Below are positions 34,599 to 44,066 of a DNA stretch of 64,000 nt, piece by piece. The number at the start of each line of letters is the position of its first letter. Within the stretch, counting starts at the first letter, position 1. This DNA is from Vicinamibacterales bacterium (GTDB lineage: Bacteria; Acidobacteriota; Vicinamibacteria; Vicinamibacterales; 2-12-FULL-66-21). The notes beneath the pieces are model-generated. The model did no database searches. It saw nothing but the letters and a program-made list of their open reading frames with translations, and was not told the origin of the DNA. Made by a program: the position numbers and the translations under genes. The stretch is from the NCBI GenBank assembly GCA_035495555.1, contig DATJFQ010000022.1, positions 61,273 through 125,272 on the forward strand, given 5' to 3'.

Positions 34599-35978
34599 GT
34601 GAAACGCCTGATCGCCGGCATCACCCTGCTCCTGCTGACGGCGGGCGGGGTGTACGGGTACATGGTCAGCCGGCGCGAGCGGACCTATGCGCGCTGGGTG
34701 GCGCAGGGAGAGGCCGACCTGGCGTCCGGAAATCTGTCTGCCGCGGTAGAGGCGTTCAGCGGCGCGATCGTGCTGAAACCGGAGGCGATGCTCGGGCACC
34801 TGCGGCGGGGGGAGGCCTATCGCCGCCGGAACGAGCTGGACGCGGCCGAACGGGATCTCCTGGAAGCCGCCGCCCTCGATCCAACCGCGACGCGGCCGCA
34901 GGAGGAACTCGGGGACGTCGCCGTCGCGCAGCAGCGGTTCGCGGCAGCCGCCGATCGTTACCGCGCCTACGTTCGGATCGACGATCGCGCGCCGCGCGTG
35001 CTGTACAAGCTCGCCTATGCCGAGTACAACGCGGGCCGGCCGGCCGCCGCCATCGAACCCCTTCGCAAGGCGCTCGCAATGGACGATCGTCTCGCGGAAG
35101 CGGCGTACCTGCTCGGCCTGTGCCAGCGCGCGCTGCAACAGACGGAACCCGCGCGGGTCGCGTTCGAGCGGGCCCTGACGATACAGCCGACGCTCTTCCG
35201 CGCACGCGAGGAGCTCGCGGATCTCTACGGCGCGCAGGGAAAGACGGAGAAGCGTCTCGATCAGCTCGAGGCGCTCGCCGCCCTGGATCCCGGCCCCGCT
35301 CGCGCGATCGCGCTCGGATTGGCGTATGCCGGGGCCGGGCAGACGGACCGGGCCGTCCTGACGCTCGCGCGCGCGTGCGAGCGCTATCCCGATCAGCAGG
35401 CCACCTATCTCGCGCTCGGCCGCGTCTGGCTGCAGGCCGCCCAGGATCGGAAGGACCACGTCGCGCTCAGTAAGGCCATGGGCGCGCTCGAGGGCGCGAT
35501 GGCGGGCGACAACAGCGATGCGATGACGCTCTTCGGCCGTGCGTTGCTGCTCGCGCAGGATCCGCAGTCGGCCGAACGCATGCTCGAGGACGCCACGCGT
35601 CGCCTGCCGGTGGATCCGGCCGCCTACCTTGCGCTGGCCGAGGCCGCCGAACAGTCGGGTGACTACAACGTCGCGCGGGACGCCCTCCTCGATTACCAGG
35701 CGATCTCGCTGGAAGATGACGCCCGGCATGTGGCGGCCGAGGATGCGCGGCTCGCCAATCTCTCGCTCCGGCTGAAAGACACGACGGCCGCGGTGAAGTA
35801 CTTCCTCGCCGCCGCGGACGCAGCCAACGACGCCGCGTACCTCGTCGATGCGGCCGCAACACAGTGGCGCGCCGGTGCGGCCGACGCCGCCCACCGGACC
35901 CTGCAGCGCGCGCTGGAGCGCGATCCGCACTATCCGGCTGCCATCGCTCTGAAGCAACGGATCGAACGAACAAAATGA
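34599..35978 (+). CDS. TPR repeat membrane-anchored protein
   Basis: N-terminal TM helix (LIAGITLLLLTAGGVYGY) followed by multiple TPR-like A/L/Y-rich repeats. GTG start. Confidence 0.75.
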   Translation: MKRLIAGITLLLLTAGGVYGYMVSRRERTYARWVAQGEADLASGNLSAAVEAFSGAIVLKPEAMLGHLRRGEAYRRRNELDAAERDLLEAAALDPTATRPQEELGDVAVAQQRFAAAADRYRAYVRIDDRAPRVLYKLAYAEYNAGRPAAAIEPLRKALAMDDRLAEAAYLLGLCQRALQQTEPARVAFERALTIQPTLFRAREELADLYGAQGKTEKRLDQLEALAALDPGPARAIALGLAYAGAGQTDRAVLTLARACERYPDQQATYLALGRVWLQAAQDRKDHVALSKAMGALEGAMAGDNSDAMTLFGRALLLAQDPQSAERMLEDATRRLPVDPAAYLALAEAAEQSGDYNVARDALLDYQAISLEDDARHVAAEDARLANLSLRLKDTTAAVKYFLAAADAANDAAYLVDAAATQWRAGAADAAHRTLQRALERDPHYPAAIALKQRIERTK

Positions 35979-35989
35979 ACCCCAACTTC

Positions 35990-36047
35990 TTGGAAATTGG
36001 GAATTGGGAATTGGGATTGGGAGTTTTCTTCATTCACCCAATCCCAA
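35990..36047. repeat. TTGGRAN heptamer array (5 units) plus inverted partial copy forming an 11-bp hairpin
   Basis: ttggaaa ttgggaa ttgggaa ttggga ttgggag. ttgggattggg (36011-36021) pairs with cccaatcccaa (36037-36047). The right arm lies in the last codons (LGIG*) of the sigma-54 activator gene. Confidence 0.85.
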
Positions 36048-39000
36048 GCCGCTTCAGCATCTTGTCCAGTCCCTGACGGCTGACCCCGAGCTGCGCGGCC
36101 GCGATCCCCTTGCGTCCCGCCGCCCGCGCAAGAGCGGCCTGAACGAACCGGCGCTCGAATTCCACGCGTGCTTCATCGAACCCGACCGGCGACCGTCCGG
36201 CGGTCTCGGCAATCCGTGGCGGCAGAAGAGACGAGGGCACACGGCCGCGCGGCGGGGCGTGCACGGCAAGCGCCGCGAGCACGTTCTGCAGTTCGCGTAC
36301 GTTTCCCGGCCACGAATACCTGGCGAGCCCGTGCACGAGATCCGGCGCGAGCGTCGCCCGAGTGCCGACACGCGCCGCGGCATCACGCCAGATGCGCTCC
36401 GCCAGCGCCGGGATCTCGTCGGCGCGCTCCCTGAGCGGAGGGACGACGATGCGGATCACGTCGAGGCGGAAGCGGAGGTCCTGCCGGAATCGGCCGCCTT
36501 CGACCTCTCGTTCGAGCGGACGGTTGGTGGCGGCCACGATCCGGACGTCGACGCGTCGCGGCAGGTTTTCGCCAACCCGCCGCACCTCGCCTTCCTGCAG
36601 CACCCGCAGCAGCTTGGCCTGGGCGCGCGCCGACAATTCGGCGGCTTCGTCGAGGAACAACGTGCCCTGATCCGCATCCTCGAACAGCCCGGCGCGTTCG
36701 GACGCCGCGCCCGTGAACGCGCCGCGCGCGTGGCCGAACAGCTCCGCCTCGAGCAGATCATCGGTAATGGCCGCGCAGTTCAGCGCGCAGAAGCGCCGGC
36801 CGCGGCGCCCGCTGCGGGCATGGATGGCTCGCGCGACCAGTTCCTTGCCGCTGCCGCTCTCGCCTTCAATCAGCACCGGAAACGGAGCGCCCGCTGCGCG
36901 GGCAATCAGTGCCCGCAGCCGCTCCGCTGCCGGCCCGGCGCCAAGAAGCGCGTCAGGTGAATCCGTGCGGAGAACGACGGTTGGCCGGGGTGCATTCAGC
37001 GCCGCGATCGCCGGCGCGACGGCGGCAGCGGCCACGCGCAGCACGGCACGCGCACGCGCTTCGGCCGGCGCCTTCCCAGCCGTCCACCTCGCGCCTATGC
37101 AGCCGATGGTCCGTCCGCCGGCCCGCACCGGCTCGGCGGCTTCCGTGATGACACCCGGCGTAAACGCGCACGCCCCCGAATTGACGACGAGCCGCACGAG
37201 CGCGGCGCCGGGCCACGCGCGTCCGTGTGCAGCCACCTGGCGGGCTTCTTCTGCAGTCCACGCAGCGGTCGACGTCGCCCCCAGCCGTTCGTGCACGTCA
37301 CAGACGACGGCCAGCACCGCGCTTTCGTCGTCTGGCGCCGCTTCGGTTAACCCGAGCAATGTCTCGAGCACGTCTGCCTCAATCCTGGCGACGGGCCGGC
37401 CGTGGTCCGCAGACGCGAGTATGGCGCGCAGATCGCCGGCACATGCCGCAGGCAGGCTCGACGCGGTCGCCACCAGCCGCTGCCGGCGTGCCGTGTTCCG
37501 CGGAGACACGGGGTCGGCGGCGACGCGGACGGCCCACGCGAGCCACTGCAGCGCGCGATCCCGCGCCGTCCTCGCCGCCCTCATCCCTTGCCTGGCTTCC
37601 TCGGTCGCCCCACTGCGCTCCCCCATCGCGAGCTGGATGCGCGCGAGGACGAGGTGCGCCTCGCACGCCACATCTGGCGCGAGACCCGGTGTGAGCGCGT
37701 CGCGTGCGCAGGCTGCGGCGCTTCCGAGGTTCCCGGCACGCAGATGGATTCGCGCCAGGACGAGGGCGCCGAGCGGCGTTCGCTCCGCGCCATGTTCGCG
37801 CAGCAGTTCTTCCGCGCGGTCGTCGCTTTCGGCCCGCACCAGCACGTCGGCGAGCCGCGCGGCGCCTTCCCGTCGCAGGGCGTCGTCTTCGTGACCGAGC
37901 ACGGCGCGAAACGCCGCCTCCGCGTCGGCCTTCGACCCGTTCAGCGCGTGCGCCCGGCCAATCGACAGCAGCAGCCGAGGCTCGAAGTCAGCCGCCTGCA
38001 AATCGCGGGCACGCTCGTACGCGCGCAACGCCGCGTCCGGCTCGCCTCGCCGGAGCAACAGATCGCCAAGGACGATCGATCCCTCGGCGGCCCGCGCTGT
38101 CGCGCCGCGTGCGACGAGCGCGTCGACGCAGCGTCGCAGCAGACGTAACGCACGGCTGTGCCGCCCACGACCCGCGACGTGCTCCGCGGCGCGCAGCACT
38201 CTCATCAGCCGGCGCACACCTGCATCCGCGCGCCGGTCGCTGTGCGGATCGACATCCGGGCGCAAGGACGATGCGGAAACCGCGTACCGCGGGGACGCCT
38301 CGTGCACCATCAGCACCGTCGGAGCCGGGTGTTCCGTTGCGAGCCTTTGAATGAATGACCCGGGCAGGCCTTGCGACTGCCGGATCGCGGCGCGGACGTC
38401 GGATTCTTCCGGACCGTGTTCGGGATCTCGATACAGCATGGTCGTCATCTCCACTGGAGAAAGCGGGTCGAGCGGGATCGCGCAGGTTCCGCGCACAGGT
38501 TCGCGGGAGAACCGCAGCCACAGATGGCGGGCTGTGCCAGCCGTCGCGGCATGTGCGAGCAGCGTGGGGAGGACGTGGCCGCCCGGCAGCCAGTCGAACA
38601 CGCAACAGTGACGCTCGCGCAGGTGCGGGAGCACGAAGGGAAACCGGCTGTCGACCACCACGAATCCGCACAGCCGCGCGGCTCGCGCCAGGAGCACGCG
38701 CGCGGTGCGCAGGCCGCAGCCAACCGCGCCCGAAAGCGTGACGCACGTCACGCCGGGCGGTCCGCCGCTCTCCATCGTCACGCGGACGGCATCGACGGCG
38801 GCGCGCCACGCCAGGCGCCATCCGATCGGGGTCGGCGACGCCGTCGAGCCTTTCTCGATCGCGGGGCGCACGTGCCGTGCGCACATCGAGGCGGAAATCT
38901 CGAGACCGTGAGCGCGAAGGAACCGCACGAGATGCAGCGCCAACCGACGCGACCCCATTGCTCCGGTCTTCAACGGCGGCCGGAGCGCGTGCGCCTCAAA

Positions 39001-39204
39001 CCACGTGTCCTCCGTCGTCCCGTAATCGAGGAGCGGCACGAGCAGCGGATGACGAAGCGTTGCGGCGACGTCGCAGAAGTGCGTGCGCTCGGCGATCGTA
39101 CGCGCAGCGGGATACCGTTCGATCGTCAGCCGCACGAGTTCACCGGTCGCGAGATCCACCGCCTCGCCATCGTCCAGCAGAAATCGATCGCCAAACACGC
39201 GCAT
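36034..39204 (-). CDS. sigma-54-dependent transcriptional activator with a long N-terminal sensory region (kinase-like, TPR-like, GAF-like)
   Basis: C-terminal AAA+ core ([42 protein letters not shown]) and a Fis-type HTH ([22 protein letters not shown]). I prefer the start at ATG 39204 (MRVFGDRF). ATG 39252 is also possible. The extension to 39423 would overlap the aroC start. Confidence 0.85.
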   Translation of the reverse strand: MRVFGDRFLLDDGEAVDLATGELVRLTIERYPAARTIAERTHFCDVAATLRHPLLVPLLDYGTTEDTWFEAHALRPPLKTGAMGSRRLALHLVRFLRAHGLEISASMCARHVRPAIEKGSTASPTPIGWRLAWRAAVDAVRVTMESGGPPGVTCVTLSGAVGCGLRTARVLLARAARLCGFVVVDSRFPFVLPHLRERHCCVFDWLPGGHVLPTLLAHAATAGTARHLWLRFSREPVRGTCAIPLDPLSPVEMTTMLYRDPEHGPEESDVRAAIRQSQGLPGSFIQRLATEHPAPTVLMVHEASPRYAVSASSLRPDVDPHSDRRADAGVRRLMRVLRAAEHVAGRGRHSRALRLLRRCVDALVARGATARAAEGSIVLGDLLLRRGEPDAALRAYERARDLQAADFEPRLLLSIGRAHALNGSKADAEAAFRAVLGHEDDALRREGAARLADVLVRAESDDRAEELLREHGAERTPLGALVLARIHLRAGNLGSAAACARDALTPGLAPDVACEAHLVLARIQLAMGERSGATEEARQGMRAARTARDRALQWLAWAVRVAADPVSPRNTARRQRLVATASSLPAACAGDLRAILASADHGRPVARIEADVLETLLGLTEAAPDDESAVLAVVCDVHERLGATSTAAWTAEEARQVAAHGRAWPGAALVRLVVNSGACAFTPGVITEAAEPVRAGGRTIGCIGARWTAGKAPAEARARAVLRVAAAAVAPAIAALNAPRPTVVLRTDSPDALLGAGPAAERLRALIARAAGAPFPVLIEGESGSGKELVARAIHARSGRRGRRFCALNCAAITDDLLEAELFGHARGAFTGAASERAGLFEDADQGTLFLDEAAELSARAQAKLLRVLQEGEVRRVGENLPRRVDVRIVAATNRPLEREVEGGRFRQDLRFRLDVIRIVVPPLRERADEIPALAERIWRDAAARVGTRATLAPDLVHGLARYSWPGNVRELQNVLAALAVHAPPRGRVPSSLLPPRIAETAGRSPVGFDEARVEFERRFVQAALARAAGRKGIAAAQLGVSRQGLDKMLKRLGIG

Positions 39205-39322
39205 GGGGAATGCGGCTGCACATTGCAAGACGGTCGCCCGGATGAAAACCATCGGATTCACGAAGGATCGGAATGGCGCCGCTCCAAAAGCGCGCAGAAA
39301 CTTCGTATACAATTTCGCGTCG

Positions 39323-40534
39323 ATGCTGCGTTTTCTCACCGCGGGGGAATCGCACGGCCGCGCGCTCGTGGTGATCGTCGAAGGACTTCCCGCAGGCCTG
39401 TCGATCGATTTCGACGCGATCACGCGCGAGCTGCGACGGCGCCAGGGGGGCTACGGGCGCGGCCGGCGGATGGCGATCGAGTCGGATCGCGCCGAGATTC
39501 TCAGCGGCGTACGTGCCGGCCAGACGCTTGGCGGCCCGATCGCGATGCTGATCGAGAACCGCGACTGGCCCAACTGGCAATACACGATGCGTCAGACGGT
39601 CGAGGCGCCCCCGGGTGCGGGCGGCGCACGGCGTACACCCGTGACCCGGCCGCGTCCAGGCCACGCCGATCTGGCTGGCGGAGCGAAGTACGAACGCGAC
39701 GATCTTCGCGACGTGCTCGAACGTGCCAGCGCGCGCGAGACCGCGGCGCGGGTGGCGGCGGGTGCGCTGGCACGTCAGCTCCTCGCCGCCGCGTCAATCC
39801 GCATCGCAAGTCACGTCTTCCGGATCGGCTCCGTCGGCTTCGGCGATCCGCTCGCGGTGACGTTCGCTCAAGCGGCGGCGCTGGATCCGGAAGGGCCCAT
39901 CCGGTGCGCCGACGCGTCGCTCGAATCATCGATGATTGCAGAAATCGATCGGGCGCGCGAAGCTGGCGATACCCTGGGCGGCGCGTTCGAGGTGATCGCG
40001 ACGGGGGTTCCCGTCGGGCTCGGCAGCTACGTGCAGTGGGACCGCAAACTCGACGGCCGTCTCGCGCAGGCGATGATGTCGATTCCTGCAATCAAGGCGG
40101 TCGGCATCGGCGCGGGACCGCTCGTGGCGGAGCGGCCCGGATCCGCAGTGCACGACGAAATGGTACCGGCCGGCGACGACAGCCGCGCGACGGGTATCGC
40201 GCGGCCGACCAACAACGCCGGCGGGCTCGAGGGCGGCGTCACCAACGGTGAAGACGTGCGTGTCTCGGCCTTCATGAAGCCGATCTCCACTTTGATGAAA
40301 CCGCTGCGGTCGGTGGATGTCACCACCATGGAACCGGCGGCAGCGGCGATCGAGCGAAGCGACGTCTGCGCGGTCCCTGCCGCTGCCGTCGTCGGCGAAG
40401 CGATGCTCGCGCTGGTGCTCGCGGACGCCCTGCTCGAGCGATTCGGCGGCGACTCCGTTCCGGCGCTCACCCGCGCGATGCAGGCCACCGACGAACAGCT
40501 CCGCCGCCGGTTTGCGCCGTCACCGTCCCGATGA
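39323..40534 (+). CDS. aroC: chorismate synthase
   Basis: MLRFLTAGESHGRALVVIVEGLPAGL...RRQGGYGRGRRM...RPGHAD...NNAGGLEGG. Confidence 0.93.
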   Translation: MLRFLTAGESHGRALVVIVEGLPAGLSIDFDAITRELRRRQGGYGRGRRMAIESDRAEILSGVRAGQTLGGPIAMLIENRDWPNWQYTMRQTVEAPPGAGGARRTPVTRPRPGHADLAGGAKYERDDLRDVLERASARETAARVAAGALARQLLAAASIRIASHVFRIGSVGFGDPLAVTFAQAAALDPEGPIRCADASLESSMIAEIDRAREAGDTLGGAFEVIATGVPVGLGSYVQWDRKLDGRLAQAMMSIPAIKAVGIGAGPLVAERPGSAVHDEMVPAGDDSRATGIARPTNNAGGLEGGVTNGEDVRVSAFMKPISTLMKPLRSVDVTTMEPAAAAIERSDVCAVPAAAVVGEAMLALVLADALLERFGGDSVPALTRAMQATDEQLRRRFAPSPSR

Positions 40535-41040
40535 TCCGGCCGATTCTGCGCTACGGCGACCGGCTGCTTCATCAGCGGGCCGCCGCGGTCACCGTCTTCG
40601 ATGATCGCCTCCAGCGCCTGATCGATGACATGATCGAGACGATGTACGCGGCGCCGGGGATTGGGCTCGCCGCAACGCAGGTGGGCGAACCCGTGCGCGT
40701 CTGCGTGATCGATCTGTCGGTCGGCCGCAACGCTGCGGATTTGATCGTGCTCATCAATCCCGAGTTCGTCGAGCGCGATGGCACGCAGTTCGAAGACGAG
40801 GGCTGCCTCAGCGCTCCCGGCTTCAACGCCACGGTCGTCCGCCCTGCTCGAGTCGTGGTGAAGGCGCTGGATCGTCACGGGGAGCCGTTCACGAAAGAGG
40901 GCACGGGCCTGCTCGCCCGCGCGTTCCAGCACGAGATCGACCACCTCGACGGCGTCGTCTTCATCGATCTGCTCCGCGGGATTAAACGCGATCTCATCGT
41001 CCGACGAATCAACAAGCTGCGAAAGACCGGCAAGTGGTAG
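40531..41040 (+). CDS. def: peptide deformylase
   Basis: GIGLAATQVG, EGCLS and HEIDHL motifs. Confidence 0.95.
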   Translation: MIRPILRYGDRLLHQRAAAVTVFDDRLQRLIDDMIETMYAAPGIGLAATQVGEPVRVCVIDLSVGRNAADLIVLINPEFVERDGTQFEDEGCLSAPGFNATVVRPARVVVKALDRHGEPFTKEGTGLLARAFQHEIDHLDGVVFIDLLRGIKRDLIVRRINKLRKTGKW

Positions 41041-42029
41041 GAAATCAGCCGCTGCGGATCGTCTATTTCGGAACGCCGGCTTTCGCCGTGCCATCGCTCG
41101 AGGCGCTGATCCGTTCACATCATCAGGTCGTCGCACTTGTGTCACAGCCGGACCGCCCACGCGGACGGGGGCAGCAACTGCAGGCGACGCCGACGCGACA
41201 GGTGGCGCTGGCACACGCGATTCCGGTCCTCCAGCCTTTGAAGATCCGGGACGAAGGATTTCTTGGCGAAGTCCGCGCGTACGAGCCCGATCTTGGCGTC
41301 GTGGCCGCGTTCGGCCGGATTCTGCCGGATGCGCTGCTCGCGATCCCGCGGCTCGGGATGATCAACGTGCACGCATCGCGGCTGCCGAAATATCGCGGTG
41401 CGGCGCCCATTCAGCGCGCGGTTCTGGCCGGCGAGCGAGAGACCGGCGTCTCCATCATGCGAGTGGTGACCGAACTGGATGCGGGCCCGACGTTCGCGAT
41501 TGCCGGCATGCCGATCGGGCCGGACGAAACCAGTGGCGACGTCGAGGCGCGGCTTGCGATCGTCGGCGCCGAGGCGCTGATCCCGGTGGTCGACGATCTT
41601 GCGGCTGGCCGCGCGATCGAAACGCCGCAGGACGCGTCGCAGGCGACCTTCGCGCCGAAGGTAACGAAGGAAGAGAGCGAGATCGTCTGGACGGAGCGCG
41701 CGGGCGTCATCCACAACAAGGTCCGTGGGCTGCAGCCGTGGCCGCTCGCGTCCACCCACCTGGCGGGCGCCCGCCACGTCATCCGCCGCACCGAGTGTGT
41801 AATCGAGCGACCGGGGTCTGACCCCATTCAGCGGGAGTGTGTAACTGAGCGACCGGGGTCTGACCCCGGAGACGTCGTGCGCGCGGGGGGGGACCACCTG
41901 GTGGTCGCCTGTGGCGAGGGTACGGCGCTCAGAATCCTCGAGATCCAGCCCGAAGGGCGCCGCACGATGACCGCACGCGAGTTCCTGGCAGGCAGACGCC
42001 TGACAGCGGGCGACCGGTTCGGGACGTGA
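41034..42029 (+). CDS. fmt: methionyl-tRNA formyltransferase
   Basis: LRIVYFGTPAFAVPSLEAL...NVHASRLPKYRGAAPIQRAV. It carries an in-frame tandem duplication in the C-terminal domain. Confidence 0.92.
   Translation: MVGNQPLRIVYFGTPAFAVPSLEALIRSHHQVVALVSQPDRPRGRGQQLQATPTRQVALAHAIPVLQPLKIRDEGFLGEVRAYEPDLGVVAAFGRILPDALLAIPRLGMINVHASRLPKYRGAAPIQRAVLAGERETGVSIMRVVTELDAGPTFAIAGMPIGPDETSGDVEARLAIVGAEALIPVVDDLAAGRAIETPQDASQATFAPKVTKEESEIVWTERAGVIHNKVRGLQPWPLASTHLAGARHVIRRTECVIERPGSDPIQRECVTERPGSDPGDVVRAGGDHLVVACGEGTALRILEIQPEGRRTMTAREFLAGRRLTAGDRFGT
41793..41867 (+). repeat. in-frame 42-bp-period tandem duplication inside fmt (two 33-nt copies, 31/33 identical)
   Basis: gagtgtgtaatcgagcgaccggggtctgacccc (41793-41825) and gagtgtgtaactgagcgaccggggtctgacccc (41835-41867). 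They encode ECVIERPGSDP and ECVTERPGSDP. Confidence 0.9.
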
Positions 42030-43339
42030 TCGCGCCCGCACGCCTCGCGGCGTATGCAGTGCTCCTGGAACTCGAGCGCACGCCAATGCACCTCGGCTCT
42101 GCGCTCGAGCGCGCGCGGAGAAATCTGCCAGACGAGCGGGACCGCGCACTCGCTGGCGAGATCGCGGCCGGTACGCTGCGATGGCGTGCCGCGTTCGACC
42201 ACGTGATCGCAGTTTTTGCGAAGCGCCCGGTCGCGCGCCTCGATCTCGAGGTCCTCACGATCCTTCGCCTCAGCCTCTTTCAACTGCTCCACCTCGATCG
42301 CGTGCCCGCGGCTGCGATTGTCGACGACGCGGTGGAGATGACGAGAAAGGTTTCCAGGAAGAGCGCGGCGCCGTTTGTGAACGCGCTGCTCCGCCGCGCC
42401 TCGCGGGAACGGCACAAGCTGCCGCTGCCTCCTCGTCCGCACGACGACGGGACTGACGACGCCTGGATCGCGTACCTCTCGACGACGCGCTCCCATCCCC
42501 GGTGGCTGATCGAGCGCTGGCTGGCGCGCTGGGGGCGCGGCGAAACCGAAGCCTGGGCGACCTTCAACAACTCGGCTGCGCCGCTGACGATCCGAGCGAA
42601 CACCTTGAAGACGACGCGGGAGGCGCTCGCGTCCGAGCTTGCCCGCTGTGGTGTCGAGACCGACCCGTGCACACACGCGCGCGACGGATTGATCGTGCGG
42701 AGCGGAAATCCGCTTGCCACTCCGCTGGCGCACACCGGCGCGTTCGTGGTGCAGGACGAAGCCTCGCAGCTCGTCGCGCAGTTCGCCGATGCCCGGCCGG
42801 GCGAGCGCGTGCTCGACGCCTGTGCCGCTCCTGGGGGCAAGACGACGGCGATGGCGTCGTCGATGCGGGACGAAGGGATCGTCGTCGCGTGCGATGTTCG
42901 GGAACGCCGCGTCAGTCTGCTGTTGCGCACCGTGCGTGAATCGGGCGCGCGCGTCATCCGCGTCGCGAGGCTCGACGCGTCACGCCCGCTTCCCTTCGGT
43001 CCGGTGTTCGATCTGGTGCTGATCGATGCGCCGTGCTCCGGGCTGGGAACGGTCCGCCGTGATCCAGACATCAAATGGCGCCGGTCACCCGCCGATCTGC
43101 GGGAACTCGTCGAGCGGCAGCTTCGGATGCTCTCCTCGGCCGCAGCCGTCGTCCGCCCCGGCGGGCGCGTGATCTATTCGACGTGCTCGAGCGAGCCGGA
43201 GGAGAACGAGGAGGCGATCGAGCAATTCCTGTCTGTGACCTCAGCGTTCTACGCCGACGGCGAGCCGTTGCGAACGCTTCCCTTCCGCGACGGCCTGGAG
43301 GCCTTCTACGCGTGCCGTCTGATTCGGGTAAACTGTTGA
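42026..43339 (+). CDS. rsmB: 16S rRNA (cytosine967-C5)-methyltransferase
   Basis: N-terminal NusB-like domain plus FVVQDEASQLV...LDACAAPGGKT...DAPCSGLGT...YSTCS. Confidence 0.9.
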   Translation: MIAPARLAAYAVLLELERTPMHLGSALERARRNLPDERDRALAGEIAAGTLRWRAAFDHVIAVFAKRPVARLDLEVLTILRLSLFQLLHLDRVPAAAIVDDAVEMTRKVSRKSAAPFVNALLRRASRERHKLPLPPRPHDDGTDDAWIAYLSTTRSHPRWLIERWLARWGRGETEAWATFNNSAAPLTIRANTLKTTREALASELARCGVETDPCTHARDGLIVRSGNPLATPLAHTGAFVVQDEASQLVAQFADARPGERVLDACAAPGGKTTAMASSMRDEGIVVACDVRERRVSLLLRTVRESGARVIRVARLDASRPLPFGPVFDLVLIDAPCSGLGTVRRDPDIKWRRSPADLRELVERQLRMLSSAAAVVRPGGRVIYSTCSSEPEENEEAIEQFLSVTSAFYADGEPLRTLPFRDGLEAFYACRLIRVNC

Positions 43340-43343
43340 ATTC

Positions 43344-44066
43344 ATGGCCCTATCGCCGCGCCTCTGGGGAGCGGGCAGGCGTCTGCTCATCGCCGGCGGC
43401 CTGCTCGTGACCTATCTCGTGTTCGCTGCCGCGTCGATGCGGGTCGCGCTGCGTTCGCGCGACGTGATCGTGCCCTCCCTCAGCGGGAAGACCGTGAACG
43501 ATGCGAGCGCGGTGCTCCTCAACAGCGGTTTGAACCTGAAAGTCGAGGACGCGCGTCGTCCCGATCCGACGGTGCCGGCAGGGCGCGTCATCAGCCAGGA
43601 CCCGAGCGCCGGCACGCGCACGCGTCGTCAGCGCAGCGTCAAGGTGTGGGTCAGCGCGGGGCCGCGGGTCAAACAGGTGCCTCTTCTCGTGGGGGAATCA
43701 GAGCGCACGGCACAGCTCCGCGCGCAGCAGGACGGACTGACGCTTCTGCCCGAATCAGAAATCCGTTCGGCCGACTATCCGGTGGGCGCCGTCATCGCGC
43801 AGAATCCGCCGCAGAAGACGAACGCCGATCAGGTGGCACTGCTCGTCAACCGCGGCGAACGCAGCACGACGTATGTCATGCCGGATCTGATTGGCGTCAA
43901 CGGCGATCGCGCCGCCGACGTGCTGCGGGCCAGCGGCTTCCGCGTTTCCGTGGTCGGCGACCATCCCTATCCTGGCGTGCCCGCCGGGATCGTACTGCGA
44001 CAGAGTCCACAGGGCGGATTCCAGGTCAGTCCCGGAGAGGCCATCTCGCTCGAGGTGAGCCGCTGA
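43344..44066 (+). CDS. membrane-anchored protein with three PASTA domains and no kinase or transpeptidase domain
   Basis: TM helix LLIAGGLLVTYLVFAAA, followed by three repeats of the VP.L.G......A...L...GL......PAG.VI.Q.P..G type. Confidence 0.8.
   Translation: MALSPRLWGAGRRLLIAGGLLVTYLVFAAASMRVALRSRDVIVPSLSGKTVNDASAVLLNSGLNLKVEDARRPDPTVPAGRVISQDPSAGTRTRRQRSVKVWVSAGPRVKQVPLLVGESERTAQLRAQQDGLTLLPESEIRSADYPVGAVIAQNPPQKTNADQVALLVNRGERSTTYVMPDLIGVNGDRAADVLRASGFRVSVVGDHPYPGVPAGIVLRQSPQGGFQVSPGEAISLEVSR

Noticed and set aside
39214-39227. Sigma-54-like motif GGCTGCACATTGCA between the sigma-54 activator gene and aroC.
   Set aside because: The GG-to-GC spacing is 9 nt, not the required 10, and the -24 element is GGCTGC rather than TGGCAC. 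It is probably chance.
39205-39423. Extension of the sigma-54 activator ORF to 39423 (MIASKSIDRP...).
   Set aside because: It would overlap the aroC start and its promoter-like TACAAT. The extension is low-complexity, and recognisable sequence starts at MRVFGDRF (39204).
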